64,000 nt of DNA from Octopus sinensis. Its lineage: Eukaryota. The notes under the pieces are model-generated. The model was given only the letters and a program-made list of their open reading frames with translations. It searched no databases and had not been told where the DNA came from. The translations under genes were made by a program, and so were the position numbers. Location of the stretch: contig NC_043007.1 of the NCBI RefSeq assembly GCF_006345805.1, forward strand, positions 76,508,001 through 76,572,000, given 5' to 3'. Positions 41,268 through 55,350 of this stretch are shown piece after piece (positions within the stretch are counted from its first letter, which is position 1; every line of letters begins with the position of its first letter).

Positions 41268-42500
41268 AGCGTGAGCTTCTTCGGCAGATGATTAAAGCAT
41301 TTATAACTCACTATAGTTTTCTGTTTTTGTAACTAGATGTTTTATGGTTTGTCAATTGTGTTTTACCAAATGGTTTTTAATCAGTAGATTTATTATAAAA
41401 TTTCAAGGATCTGAAATCTCTGTGTCTGCATGAGATTAAACCTTCGCTCTATCGATTTAGTAGTTAATTATCTGCTTGAAGTATCTTAAGATCTTCGATC
41501 GTACAAACCCAACTTTTTTATTGTATACGCTGGGGTTGTAGCTATAGTACACCACTGCACTTTGTAATCAGTACTCCGATACTTTAAACTCCGTATATAT
41601 TCTGCTAGTGATGCCGTTTTGCTTACTTTTTTCTTTTCTTTTTTTTTTTCATTTTTTTTATTTTTTCCAAACATGTTTGTGCATACCATAGCGTCACTTA
41701 AAGGGTTCGATATGGAACCGATATAATATTTATTGCCCGATTGTGTTATGATATTGCACTACTCTATAGTAACAGGTAGCGAATTATTCACGGAGAATCT
41801 TACAGGGCTAGCAAACTCGTATTTTCACCGCTGCTATTCGGATTTATTTCCTACTTCTTGTTTATACTTTTTGTACTAATACCATTATGCTATTTTCAAT
41901 GTTAGTATTTATACTATATTTTTACTATTGGAAGTAAAAAATCCTGCGACATTAAAAGGTTCCGTGTAAGTACTCCTAAGGTTTAGATTTGTATGAGTAA
42001 AGTTTATATCATTCCACATCTTGTTTGTTTGAATGATTAGCATTTCTTTGTCTCAAGTCAGAACTTGTATTTTTCCTATACTTTTACTTTTGCGTCGAGT
42101 GTTTAAGAGGGTTACGTCACCATTCCTACTTTTATTTCCGGGGTGACTTGTCATAGACTGAGTATTGCAATTTTTATCCACATTTAGGTTTCTGTTACTA
42201 TATGAATGTGCTTGTGCTTCGCCTGACATTGAGTTACTTTCAGTATTTTTGTTAATCTTAAAATCATTAGAGTCATCAATGTTATCTGCTGCATAACATG
42301 TTGTTGAGAATGAAAATTTCACCAAAACCTCATAAAGTTGTTATGACATTAGGTGGAAACTTTTTCACCAGAATATCGAGGAAAATACGTTTGCCTTTTA
42401 CGTTCCTTGTGTTATACTGTGTGACACTAAACCTCTAACCTTTCTAGTTTTCTGAGTATTAGTCTTAACAGTAGTTACTTATAGCGAATTTCTCTTATTA
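41268..42500 (-). mobile_element. Decayed Penelope-like retroelement (RT thumb, linker, GIY-YIG endonuclease, 3' terminus)
   Basis: Interrupted frames give ILVKKFPP and VKFSFSTT (thumb), an N/S/K-rich linker, KYYIGS, (F)K*RYGMHKH, ASLAEYIRSLK...YKVQW and LLNR*SEGLISCRHR, typical of the PLE endonuclease C-terminus. Confidence 0.8.
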
Positions 42501-44480
42501 CCGTCATTTTTAGATTTAGGTACACCACTTTTACTAGTGTCACAATTAGAAAAATTTCTATAGAAAATACTTCCGTATCGTCAACTTAGTAAAAATACAG
42601 TAGTCCTCTTCACAGTTTTCCCTTTCGATATCTAAGAAGGTACATGGAGTACTAAACACTGGTCATGTAATTTAGATTTTAATTACATTATCTATGTTTA
42701 TGATATAGGAATGAAAAAGAATTGGAGAACAATTATTCGACACAAAACAGATATGGCAAATACAAGGCATTTTTTCATTTCTCATCAGACGGACTACCAA
42801 AAGAAGATTTCTTCGGCTAGCCAGCATTATGTAGAGAATATGCATCATGTATAGGCTGTTGCACTGCATCGCATATAATCCCATACAATCACTTCCTGTC
42901 GGAGTGTGCAGTATAGTACGCAACTCGACAGAAAACACGTCTGTTGGACGCGCCTCTTCAGTTGGCTTACCTTACAAGTTGTACGTGTACTGGATCAGAA
43001 TCAAAACTGGGAATACACAAACATAACAACAACAGAGTGCCACATCGTCGTTCGACCTGCTAGAAATAGAAGCCAAACTTCCAAAATCATGCCCTATTGT
43101 CTTTAAAAATGTTGGCTGCTTACTGGATAAAGTAGGACTGAATATACAAAGGGTTGACATGATCATGACTGGAAGACCTTCGAGGAAAAGTTTTCTCTTT
43201 CAGGGATGACCTGTGCGTACTAAACAGCAATAACAACGACAAACATCAATCCCTCTAAACATTCTGTATCAAGTACAAGTCAATTGCCGTGATACGTCAA
43301 TGTGAGAAAGCCTCTCCTAGCAGCCAGAACGTCTTCAAATCATATTGTACTGTCTTAAAAATGGAAGCACATACAGCATAATTCTGTGCAAGTTTATCTG
43401 TCTAGAAAACAGACTGGATGGTGACAGCTGAAGTGTGTGAAACAATCATAAGCCTTCTGAATCAAAACTGACTTGAGACTAAACAACGAGGAATACATCA
43501 GATGACATATTCCTAGTGCATGACGTTTGTAAAAAAGACAGAACAGTCACGGCTGGAACGTCTTCGATCAGAAGTCTGTTCGTTCGTGGCTGACTTGAAG
43601 CACATACAGCAATACAGAGAGAAACATTAGATAATGTAGTTCTAGATAAACTATGTCTAAATAAAATATGTGGAACAGACATATGAGAAACAACAATAAA
43701 TATAGCCACTACTCCTTGTTTTGAATTAGCAAAAGATACATTGGGTAATGAAGTTCGAGTCGTAGCTACAACAGATTGGAAGGTCACGGCTGAAATGATT
43801 TTGAACATTACATCAGATTGATCAGGTTTAAGTTGGGTCATACAGTTATACTATAAGGTAGATAATATTATCCTAGATACACTATGTCTGAAAAAAGACT
43901 GGTTGGGCATGGCTGGAATGCCTTTAAGCATGCGTCATCTCCAACACAGCTGAGTTGAGGTTGAACATCAACCATAACAACAACAGCGGCAGCAGCAGGT
44001 ACCAGTGATTATCAAGTTGTTTACAGCAAAAAAATGAAAATAAGACCAAGAAGCACTTTATGAATGCGACGATTTTTCTCTCTCCCACGGCAAAACTGCG
44101 TCTAATTACTTAATTACTTCTCATTATAATCAATTAGTATGTTCACTAATGAGTTGTAATTTGGTTGAGCCGCTTGTTATTTTACTGGGTATGGGTCTAG
44201 CTAATGAGGTAACTTCTATGTAGTTGTTCGAACTGCTAGAAATAAAAACCAAATTTCCCTCAAATCACACCCTACCGTCGTAAAAGATAAACTAATCTCA
44301 AAAAAAAAATCAACAAAATGGCCATGGTAGGAATGCTCTTGAACATTGTTTTCCTCATCTATGGCTGAATTTCGTTGATGTTGATTAAATGTTCAACATC
44401 GCTTGTTGTCTACTGCGCTGTATTCTATTATCGAGCGGGTGTATTAAAGCACTCGCGTGTACGTGTGTGTGTGTGTGTGT

Positions 44481-44520
<40 letters not shown>

Positions 44521-45189
44521 TGTGTCTGTGTGAATAATTGTTTATATATATGTAGTGGGTTAAGGGTGTATGAATGAGTGTGCATGTTCGTAAATATATT
44601 TTGTGTATAAATGTGTGGGTATGCTTGTTTATGAATAATTTTGTTGATGTTGAGTCTGTACATTCCTATGTGGGTTTGTGTGTATGTGCGTAGGTGCTGT
44701 GGTTTGTGTGTATGTGCGTAGGTGATGTGTCTTTTGCGGTTGGTTCTCCGTCAGTGTCGACGATGATAATTTAGCTGTTTGATCAACTGAATTACCTGCT
44801 CCTGAAATTAACGGGTACGTGGATGAACACCCCTACAGACACGTGAACTCTTAGTGTTATTTTCAGACAGAATCAGCATGACACTTTGAAATTACAGGTA
44901 CAATCCATCCGACAGGCTTTTGTACAGTTTCACTTAACTCAATTTCACTCACGAAGTATGACTCAACCCGAGACTATAAAAACTGCCATTTACTCTGTAT
45001 GACACGAAATAGAATCGGACTTGGCCTAATAGTTAAAGTATTCGGCTCACGATCATAATGTTGTGGGGTCAATTCCAAGGTCGGACAACACGTTCTACCT
45101 AACCATGAGCTAGGCACTTCACTTTAATTCAGTCCACTCAAAAGTAATTTCACGCTACTCAAATCTACTCTGTTGATTACAGGTGCAGC

Positions 45190-45437
45190 TCTCTCTTTCT
45201 TTCTCTCTCTCTCTCTCTCTTTCTCTTACGCTCTTTTTCTCCCTCTCTCTTCCTCTCACGCTCTCTCTCCCTCTCTCTTTCTCTTACACTCTCTTTCTCC
45301 CTCTCTCTCCCTCTCTCTTCCTCTCACGCTCTCTCCATCTCTCATTCTCTTACACTATCTTTCTCTCTTTCTCCCTCTCTTCCTCTCTCTTCCTCTCATG
45401 CTCTCTCTTCCTCTCACGCTCTCACTCCTTCTCTCTT

Positions 45438-45474
<37 letters not shown>

Positions 45475-45592
45475 ACACTCTTTCGCTCCTCTTCCTCTCA
45501 TGCTCTCACTCTCTTTCTCTCTCTCATTCTTTCTATCTCTCTCTCTTTATTTCTCTCTCATGCCCTCTCTCTCACTCTCTCTCTCTTTTCCT
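45190..45592. repeat. Degenerate (CT)-rich tract
   Basis: Explains the SL-repeat ORFs in the track. Confidence 0.9.
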
Positions 45593-45930
45593 CCAGGTGT
45601 CACAGACTAGAAGTACTTCAAGGTAAAGTGTGAGGAGCTGAAAGGGTGCCTGTGTCACTTCGTGACTATACAGGCACTTAAAACAATTTGGGAAAGCATC
45701 GTACATGTTGCCAAGCCACGCTCAGTCGCGAGTGGCGGCTGGTTGTGCTGTACATTTTTGCGGATAACTGTGGACGTGTACGTGCTAACGTTTGTGTATG
45801 TGTCGGTATACGTGTCATTATTGTTGATGTGTTGTAATGTGTTCGTGTTCTAAGTGGTAGTGTGCTCATGTGTTTATATGTGAACCTTTTTGCGAATATA
45901 TGCGCATGTGTATGTGTGAGTTTATGTATA

Positions 45931-46796
45931 CGAGGTATAGTCAAGAAGTATCCAACCTTGATTTTTCTTTGCACAAAAATAACAGTGTATGAGCAAAATC
46001 AGCATACGTACTAGGTAGCTGCGTTCTTCCTGAGCATGAGCAAACATTTTCGTGTCAGTAGGTTGCGCCATTTGCCCGCAGTGACACATTGAGTGCAAAC
46101 GTGAAGAGTGTGGTGTACGATTTTTTTTTTTTTTAGTTAAGATGACCCAGCATATTGAGCAAAGACACTATATCAAATTCTGCCAAAAACTTGGTGATAC
46201 GCAAGCCCATACCATCGAGAAGATTCAAAAGGCTTTTAGAGATGATGATATGGGGAAAAACACAAATAAAGGAGTGGTACAACCGATTCAAAGATGGCCC
46301 ACCTTGGAGGACAGTGAGACACGTTGTGGTAGACCATCAACTAGCAGAAACGACGAAATGATTGGAAAGATTCGAGGAATAATCCATGAAAACCGTCATG
46401 TGACTATTGATGAGATTGTTGCCGAAGTTGGAATCAGCCAAGGGTCAGTTCAGTCAGTTCCGTTAAATCAGTCTATTCCGCCCACGTCTTCCAAGCATTC
46501 TTTGTCAAGCAAAACATACTACCTGTTCGTCAGGCTTCCTACTCTCCAGATTTGGCTCAAAAAACATTCAAAGGGAGAGTTGAGTCGACAGATGACATTA
46601 ATCAAAATTCGACGGCACAGCTCTACAGCATCCCAAAAAGTGATTTCCAGAAATGTTTCCAGCAGTGGCAGGAACGCTAGCAGAAGAGTATAAACTCCCA
46701 AGGCGAATACTTTGAAGGAGACTAAATCAAAATGGTGAGTTTTTGAATATTACTTCTTTTTTGGCCAAAGGTCGGGTACTTTTTGACTACACCTCG
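45931..46796 (+). mobile_element. Internally deleted mariner element
   Basis: TIRs CGAGGTATAGTCAAGAAGTATCCAACCTT / AAGGTCGGGTACTTTTTGACTACACCTCG with TA on both sides. HTH region EQRHYIKFCQKLG...WYNRFKDG, then YSPDLA and the C-terminal QGEYFEGD. The central catalytic region is missing. Confidence 0.92.
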
Positions 46797-46999
46797 TAGG
46801 TATAAGTATATGTACGAAAGTGTGATGTTTCTGTTGTTGCTACCTGTTATTGCTGTGTGTATATGTGCATATTTTTGTGTATAAGTGTGTGTGCGTGAGT
46901 ATGCATGCGTGTACGTGCCTATGCCCCCAGTTTTGTCACCTGATAGCAAAACGACTCATTCTGTCAGATAATGGTCAGGCATTAAGATAACAAAATAGA

Positions 47000-48640
47000 A
47001 CATCACCTTAATCATTCTAATGAGTGATTTTAATGCAAGAACACAGAGAAATAGAAAAGGAAAGAGTGAGACCGCGTGATCAGGTGCAGTGATTTGATAA
47101 AATTAACAGCAATAGTATTACTTTCTTTCTCTGTGAGCACGGTCTCGTTATTATCAACCTCATCGGTTACCAGAAGAACAAACAGAGGATTTCGGGGATA
47201 CATCCCAGGTCAAAAACTGTAGTCGTATTAACAACATCATGGTCTGATGGGTAGATCTCAAAGATGTTGTATTCACTTGTACGAAGAAAAGAGCGAGTGT
47301 GAGGCAATGGTATAATTGTATCAATAGTCAGATTACTAGTGTACTCTTTACGACGCTTAAAGTATACCAAATCTCAAGAGATCCAATTGCTTTAACCTCG
47401 GCAGTTCCAAATATTTGTAAAGAATTTTATCACTTTATAACTTCCAACTGAAAGCTACAGACACACGTAACATCTCGGGATCTGAGAAGAGAAAGAAATG
47501 GTCTTCTTTAAGGTTCATACTTTGTTCATGCTGCCGAAACCAACGGATTCAAGATAAAAAGAAAACATAAAGACAGGTTCCATAAGAACTCCAACAGAGT
47601 CGGTAGACTTCTGGAATGACATGTTGATGACCAACAGAGCAATGCTAAACAATCGCTCATCACATATTCATGAAAAATGGTTGCGAGTTCTTCGGAATGC
47701 AACTCAATCCCCTCTTCCAAGTCTGAAAAATTAATGGTACATTGCTAAAGCTCAAGAAATTCAGATTCATGCAAGAAAGCATAAATAAACTATGTTTACA
47801 GTGCGATAAATAACCTCTATGGCCTCAGGAATTGTTCCACAACAGTCAACAAATAGCACACTTGTACTAAACGATCAGTCGACAATAATGGAACAACGGA
47901 TAGAACACTTCAAGTTGCTCTTAAACCAGTCTAAACTAGTGAGTCCTGTAGTCATCGAGAAATTTTATAATTCCCGTCATTCACCATATTGACAAACCTA
48001 AAACATTTGCTGAAATTTTGCTGTCATCAAAGCGTTAAATGAAATCTCCTAAAGTAGACATTTTCGTAGATATTTTGAAAGAAAGAATTACCTCTGCCAA
48101 AATGGCTATTCGTCGCTGCATCACAGAGGTGTAGAATCAGGAATATATAAATCGACGTCGAAGGAATAACAACATCTCTATAAAAAAGTAAGATTAATCT
48201 GTTCGCCCTATAAGTAGAGTGTATATTTCATTCCTATAGAAGTCCTAGCTGGAGTAACACTAAAAAGACTTCCAATCAATGTCAGAAAATATCACACCAA
48301 AATCATAGTACGGTATCTTCGGGAATCGATCTACAATTAAAATAATTTTCGTTACAGAGCAACTTCAGGAGAAATGCAACGAACAACAGTGGGAACTGTT
48401 CAGGTTTTTTTATTTTGTCAAAAGCTATTGATACCGTAAGCAGGGAACTTCAGTGGTATGTTCTCGAATAGTCACGCTGCCCAAATTCATAAATCTTCTC
48501 TGGCATACAACAATGATGGTTCGAGTTGTTGGAGTACAAAAATCAAAAACCTTTCAGTGTAAAAATCAAGAGTTAAGCAAGGCTGCGAGTTATAATAAAA
48601 GGTGTTCCTACTGTGGTCATCCTGTATTTCCCTAGACCTG
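47000..48640 (+). mobile_element. Decayed RTE-clade LINE (APE endonuclease into RT)
   Basis: Interrupted frames give IILMSDFNAR, HPRSK, EHFKLLLNQ, DTVSRE, PKFINL and a GVKQGC-like motif (gagttaagcaaggctgc). Confidence 0.8.
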
Positions 48641-49411
48641 CTACTTCTAAAACATAATTAAATGTATCCTTTTTTTTCTCAGACAACAGAGTATTATTTA
48701 AAGTGTATTTGGCTGCCAATTCTAACAGGTCGAAAGTTTGCTTAGAATCTTCTTTGTTCATCTTTTGTTGTTGTCTGTTTTTACTTGTGTGTTGTGTTTG
48801 TTTGTTTTTTGTATATATGTGTGTGTATACTTGTAAGCATAAATGTATATAAGTATGCTGGTATGTATTATTATATACAGGTATGTATAAGTGTGCCTCA
48901 GCTTTTCCAAACGTGTTAATGCGAGTGGAAATAAAAAAACAACTACATATACACACATGATGAGATCGATAGTCACATAAACAGATAGGTGAACTAGTCT
49001 TAAGATACTTTATGTGCATATATGTTAGGTATGGTGCCCAGGTGGCTGTTTTAATTTAATGTTATTTCAATTGTGTACACCGAATCTTATTATTTAATGA
49101 AAGGGTACTAAAATGCCTACTTGAAATGTGACACAAGAGATCGCTATATAGATTCGTACTTTGGGGTTATGTATTTTTTGCGGGGACCCTTAGAAAAATA
49201 TGTGGAAATTTCTGGTGAAGCAAGTAGATAATGCTCTCTACATGAGATACTAATGTAGGGAACATCAAATGTATCTAATGCAGGGAGCTTTAAAAACAAA
49301 CTAATTCAAACTAATTATATGGTATGATAGGCGGATGCATAGTTAAACTGATAGCATATTTAATGCAAAAGGAATTTAAAGGCGAATTTAAAATAAATAT
49401 GTAGGTGGATG

Positions 49412-49498
<87 letters not shown>

Positions 49499-51115
49499 TG
49501 GAATAAAATTTAACAATTATAATGGAATATTAAGAACATTAAAGCATAATTATATGGTGATAAAAGTAATTGACATACCAAAAGAAAGATAAATTGATGT
49601 TAACAATTTTAATTCAAGAAGAATTATCAATAATCATTAGAAATAATTATGTGACTCAGACAATAGGTAATTGATAGCATTGGAAAACATTCCCATGAAT
49701 ACGCCCAGCTTGAAAAAAAACATGATTAATTATAATTAACTGAGAATGAACTTTTTGAAGTGAGCCAAAAAGAACTTTAGTCAATTGAAATTACTGCAGT
49801 AATTAGAAGAAAAATCGTTTAGCTTTAATGACGATTCTTGAAAAGATAAAGCAAGAGAGAAAATTCCGAAATATAACGATAAAAAGTTATATTAAGGCTT
49901 GAAGTGAGAAAGGAACCTGATCTTTAATAGATACAAGGACAACTAACAGCTAACGATTCGCCACCATTTTACGACGTAGGTTATGACAAAATAGATACAT
50001 CGAAATCATATCATCTAGGTATAAATTACTATTGCGAGTCCTTCAACAAAACAGAGGTACCTTGGTTGGATCAGTAAGTGTGTCTATTGCAGTTTAGTCC
50101 CGAGATCTTATGACCTTAAAAGTGCCCCAACCGTGACCAGAGCATGTATATTTATAACTTCATAGTAATTTTTTAAGACGTTAGGGCTAATTTTAGTGGT
50201 GACATAAAGTTTTTTTTATTGATTCACATGACAATGGCCATGTTGTATAAAGTCGGACAAATAACTTGCGACATTTGGTCCGGCTCTGCACGCTATGAAT
50301 TAAAATGCTAGCGAGCTCAACTTAGCCTTTCATCTTTTGGAGATTGATAAAATAAAATAAAGTTCTAGGACCCATGTAACTAACTGATCATCTCTCCTTA
50401 AAATAGCTTGCCTTGTGCATAAATTACAAAATTATAAAGGACAGTGGGTTGGCGGACAAAATGTCTTGCACTATTTAGTTTCAGCCGTTTAGGTTCGAAG
50501 TTCGAATCTAGCTGAGATCAACTTTACTTTATGGGTCTTAATCCAGTCCTTGATAAAATTAACCCAATCCAAGTTGGGAAGTGATTGGAAAGGGAGAGCA
50601 TTTCACTACAAAAACATCCAATCAACCAAAATGTAAAAGCGTATTCAGGGACGTGGATTTCATTACAACAATACAGGAAAGCCACCGGGAAAAGGGTAAT
50701 GACCAAATAAAATAATCTCATGCTCTATAGTGAAAGATGTAAAGTGGTTTATGATGAAATTTAATGAAAGTTTATCTATCGGCAATATTCATGTCAAAAG
50801 CAATGATATTGAGTTTCCTTCATCCGCTCCTGTGAACAACAAAATAACAAAACTACTTTTATAAAAAAAAAAGGGGGGGAAACTAAAACCGCAACGCTAT
50901 TAATAAACTGGAAATTTCTTTCATTCTAGATGAACCAGCAAATCAAAATTTCAGTGTCACATCCTGTTACAAAACAAGTCATCCTTTCATAGGCACTTAA
51001 CAATCTATCTATGGTACGATATGAACATTTAACGTGGTTTTTATAGTCAGAGTTTCGACTGCTATTTCGGCATGGTGGTGTCTCTCAGACACCCTCATTT
51101 TTAATTATATATATA

Positions 51116-51159
<44 letters not shown>

Positions 51160-51291
51160 GTACATACATATATATGCACATAATATATATATATATATAC
51201 ACACGCATACATACACATATTTATATATACTAACACATAAAATATTTATATGTTTTAATGTGTGTGAATGTGTATATATATGTGTGTGTAC

Positions 51292-51406
<115 letters not shown>

Positions 51407-51437
51407 GGAATTAATTATATTTGTATCTGTGTGTGTG

Positions 51438-51469
<32 letters not shown>

Positions 51470-51502
51470 GTGTGTGTGTGTGTGTTTGTGTGTGTGAATA
51501 TA

Positions 51503-51590
51503 CCGTATTTCATGACATATAAGACGCACGGGCATATTAGACGCACCCCACTTTCAGCAGCGGATATTCAGGAAGGAAGTTTTTAGCGCA
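51503..51590. mobile_element. Left end of a pogo/Tc2-like DNA transposon
   Basis: TA-CCGTATTTCATGACATATAAGACGCAC with a repeated AGACGCAC subterminal motif. Confidence 0.55.
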
Positions 51591-52380
51591 TGAAGGCTGG
51601 GCCCTAAGTGCAACTTTCCATGTAGGACCCGGGATGATTTCTAAAGACATTTCTTTGAAGTGCCTGCTATATACCATCAAATATGATATATACCTCTTTT
51701 CTTTCTTCTTCTCTTCCTCTCCTGTCCTCTCTTAGCATCTTACTTCTATATCTTTGTCTCTCTGCCTTACCCTTTTTTCTCTCTTCTCCCACTATCCCGT
51801 GACCCGTGACCATTCTCTTTTCAACTTCCTTTTCTGTTGACCGCTGACTTGTCTAGTCATGCTTCTCCTAGCCTTTCATGTTTTCTACTTTCAACTTCGG
51901 TTTCGTTTTTCACTCTTTTCGCCTTTCCAAACCTAAAGGACATTTTCCATTGCGTTTCTTGCCTTGTCTTAACCCCACGGCCTTATTTTGTTTGTACAAT
52001 GTATAATTTCTTTTGTTTGTATATTTACATTTATACCTATGTCGTATTCACATTTGTTTGCGTCACTGAAATCAACGTTTGCTGACTATTCCCAATAGCT
52101 ACTCGCTGTTGACGCCACCATAGTTAACAATATTATTATCGTTAAAGGCGTGAAATTGTAATCATATTTTGGACGATGACTGAACAGGAAACAACATGTC
52201 TATGTCTTGTGTGTGCTTTTGTCGAAGAAATCGACAACAGGACTTAATCGTTGTAAGTTTAGTACTTATTCTATCAGTCTCTTTTACCGAATCGCTAAAT
52301 TGCGAGAACGTAAACACTTGTTGTGAAGCGACGGTGCGGTGGCAAACACAGACACAAAAACACACACACATAAATATATA

Positions 52381-52443
<63 letters not shown>

Positions 52444-52481
52444 GAGCGATTTAGCATCGACAGTTAGCAAGGCCAAGCTAC

Positions 52482-52523
52482 TCCAGACTGATGAAGGGTA
52501 TTACCCTGAAACTAGTCTCTGGA
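52482..52523 (+). ncRNA. Minimal type I hammerhead ribozyme, intact core
   Basis: TCCAGA-CTGATGA-AGGG-TATTA-CCCT-GAAA-CTAG-TC|TCTGGA. Stem I 6 bp, extendable to about 19 bp with flanks; stem II 4 bp; palindromic stem III ACTAGT; GUC cleavage after 52517. Confidence 0.85.
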
Positions 52524-52767
52524 AGCTGGCTTTGTTGGGTGGAGGTGCTTATCTCTCCTGTTTGAAAACTTAAGGACACAGAACGCTTGTGTCACATAGC
52601 GAACTAGAATCGGTGTTTATTGGGGCTAAATAGCAGTAGCACTCTTCCCTTTCCTTGGACTGTCACATTAAGTTGGCAACAAATCATCACTTTATCGCGC
52701 TGCTACCGCATAACTTTCTTTGAGAGATTTAGAAATGCAATATTTCTAATATATATATAGTTAATAA

Positions 52768-52866
<99 letters not shown>

Positions 52867-52876
52867 ATATATACAA

Positions 52877-53128
52877 GCATATATGGGTACAAGACATCCC
52901 CAACGGTGCAAATAACATGTAATACATAAGCAACGAGAAAAAAGGAAAAACAGGACAAATAAACACAGAGAAATGATCCTTCATCAGTTGTCGGCTGTCT
53001 ACTCAGACAACCCACAACTGATGAAGGGCCCTTTCTCCGGGTTTACTTGTCCTGTGTTCCATTTTTCTCGTTGTTTACGTATTTCATGTTCTTTGGCACC
53101 GTTCGTGATGTCCTGTTCCCATATATGC
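52877..53128. repeat. Diverged fold-back repeat (about 115-bp arms) between (TA)n runs; Penelope-like termini
   Basis: Arms 52877-52991 and 53014-53128. Both begin CAACTGATGAAGG on their own strand, but no GAAA follows. Confidence 0.8.
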
Positions 53129-53253
53129 ATGTATATATATATATATACATACTCGGAAATGGATGCATATATATACATACATACATACAAACATACATAT
53201 ATGTATGTATACATATATATACATGTATACATACATATATATATGTATGTATG

Positions 53254-53310
<57 letters not shown>

Positions 53311-53367
53311 TACTATTTGTTATTTGATTCAACGTGACGCATCCATTTCCGAGTATGTATGTGTGTG

Positions 53368-53493
<126 letters not shown>

Positions 53494-53568
53494 ATATATA
53501 TACATACATATATATATATATACATACATACATATATATATATACATATATATATATACATACATACA

Positions 53569-53640
<72 letters not shown>

Positions 53641-54134
53641 GTATGTATTTATGTATACGCACAAATGGTCATATTTATGCATACATAGAAAGGAACAGAC
53701 AGAGAGGGTCAGTGAGGGAGGGGTAGAGAGATAGAAATGATGAAGGGTACTAGAGTGAGAGACAGAGAGAATGTGTTCTGTGGAGAAGCAATTAAATATA
53801 CAATTCTGAAAATTGCGGAAGCTAAAATAACATTAGTTAAAACTGCCCAAATTTTGTTCTGGTATTTCTTTTCCACTCATTCGATAAACACGCGGGACGG
53901 TTTTTAGTAAAGTGTGTTCACGTGCCTGTGTGTATCTTTGTTATATATCTTTTGTTTTTGTGAATAAATCTTGTTTGTATATATTTAGAGCGTATTTGTA
54001 TGTCTATTGTTTTATTATTTTTATACGTGTCTGCTGTTTGCACATTCTTTTCGAAATGTCGTCCATCAAAGCGATTACTTCCGTTAACGTGTTCATATAA
54101 CCAACACACTTCCCTGTTGAGGGTTCTAGAGATC

Positions 54135-54346
54135 TTTTAATTTTTTATCCTTTATTTGTATCAGTCATTAGACTATAGTCATGCTGGGGCTCCGCCATGA
54201 AAATTTTTTAATCAGATAAATCGACCCTAGTACTTTTTCTTTTAAGCCTAGTACTTATTCTGTCGATCTTTTATCGAACTACTAACTTGCGGGGACGTAA
54301 GCACACCAACACCGGTTGTCAAGCAGTGGTGGGGCAAATACAGACA

Positions 54347-54379
<33 letters not shown>

Positions 54380-54531
54380 GCTTCTTTCAGTTCCCGTCTA
54401 CCAAATCCACTCACAAGGCTTTGATCGGCCCGAAGCTATAGTGGAATAAATTTGCCCGAGGTGCCACGCAGTGGGACTGAACCCGGAAACATGTGGTTCG
54501 GAAGCAAGCTTCTTACCACACAATCACGCCT
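54135..54531 (-). mobile_element. Family A SINE
   Basis: Reverse-oriented full copy with an internal (CA)n. Confidence 0.85.
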
Positions 54532-54945
54532 GATATTGATTTTTCTGGTGGGGGCTGGCTATGTAAACTTATGTTTGAAAGCAATTTTATCGGTTCAATA
54601 CACGATTCGGTCTTAAATTGTGAATCACAAAAAATGCAAATGAATTTTTTTTCTATTTTTGAGATGTACTGTGTGGATTAAACTATGTATGTGAAAAAAA
54701 TTACCACACAAAGAAAATTCATTTCTATAAATTTTTCTTTCGATATTTTAACTCTTTCCTGGGCAGCCATGATGGGGTATAGCCTTTAAGAGTTTCTACG
54801 TCTTGTACATATTTTATAGGCGTCTTTTTATAGAGTCGCTAATTACGGGTACACAACCACACTGGTACCTGATGTCAGGAATGAGAGACAAACACAAAGA
54901 TGCATGCACGCGCGCAAACAGACGCAGTTAAATAGATAGATAATA

Positions 54946-55202
54946 AATAAATAAATGCGCCTTTTTAAAGCCTAGCCAGGCTCATGGGCCCGGTTTCCTG
55001 GTTTCAATGACGTATGTGTTCCCCAGCTGGATCGGACGCCAGTCCATCGCAGCGTTACTCATTTTTGCCAGCTGAGTGGACTGGAGCAACATGAAATGAA
55101 GTGTTTTACTCAAGAACACAACGCGTGGTCCGGTCCAGGAATCGAAAGCACAATCTTACGATCATGATGCTGACACCCTGACCACTAAGCCACGCGCTTC
55201 CA
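54946..55202 (-). mobile_element. Family C SINE subtype 1
   Basis: Same sequence as 37683-37932 reversed; AGATAGATA on both flanks. Confidence 0.88.
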
Positions 55203-55215
55203 CAGATAGATAGTT

Positions 55216-55248
<33 letters not shown>

Positions 55249-55316
55249 CATACATACATACATACATACATACATACATACATACATACATACATACATA
55301 CATACATTATTGATGA

Positions 55317-55350
<34 letters not shown>

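Noticed and set aside
49500-49920. Purine-rich pseudo-coding stretch, possibly a PLE N-terminal region
   Set aside because: Multiple stops and no motif I can identify with confidence.
51045-51100. Minus-strand CTGAGAGAC...GTCGAAAC
   Set aside because: The core lacks one base, there is no UH site and no stem I pairing.
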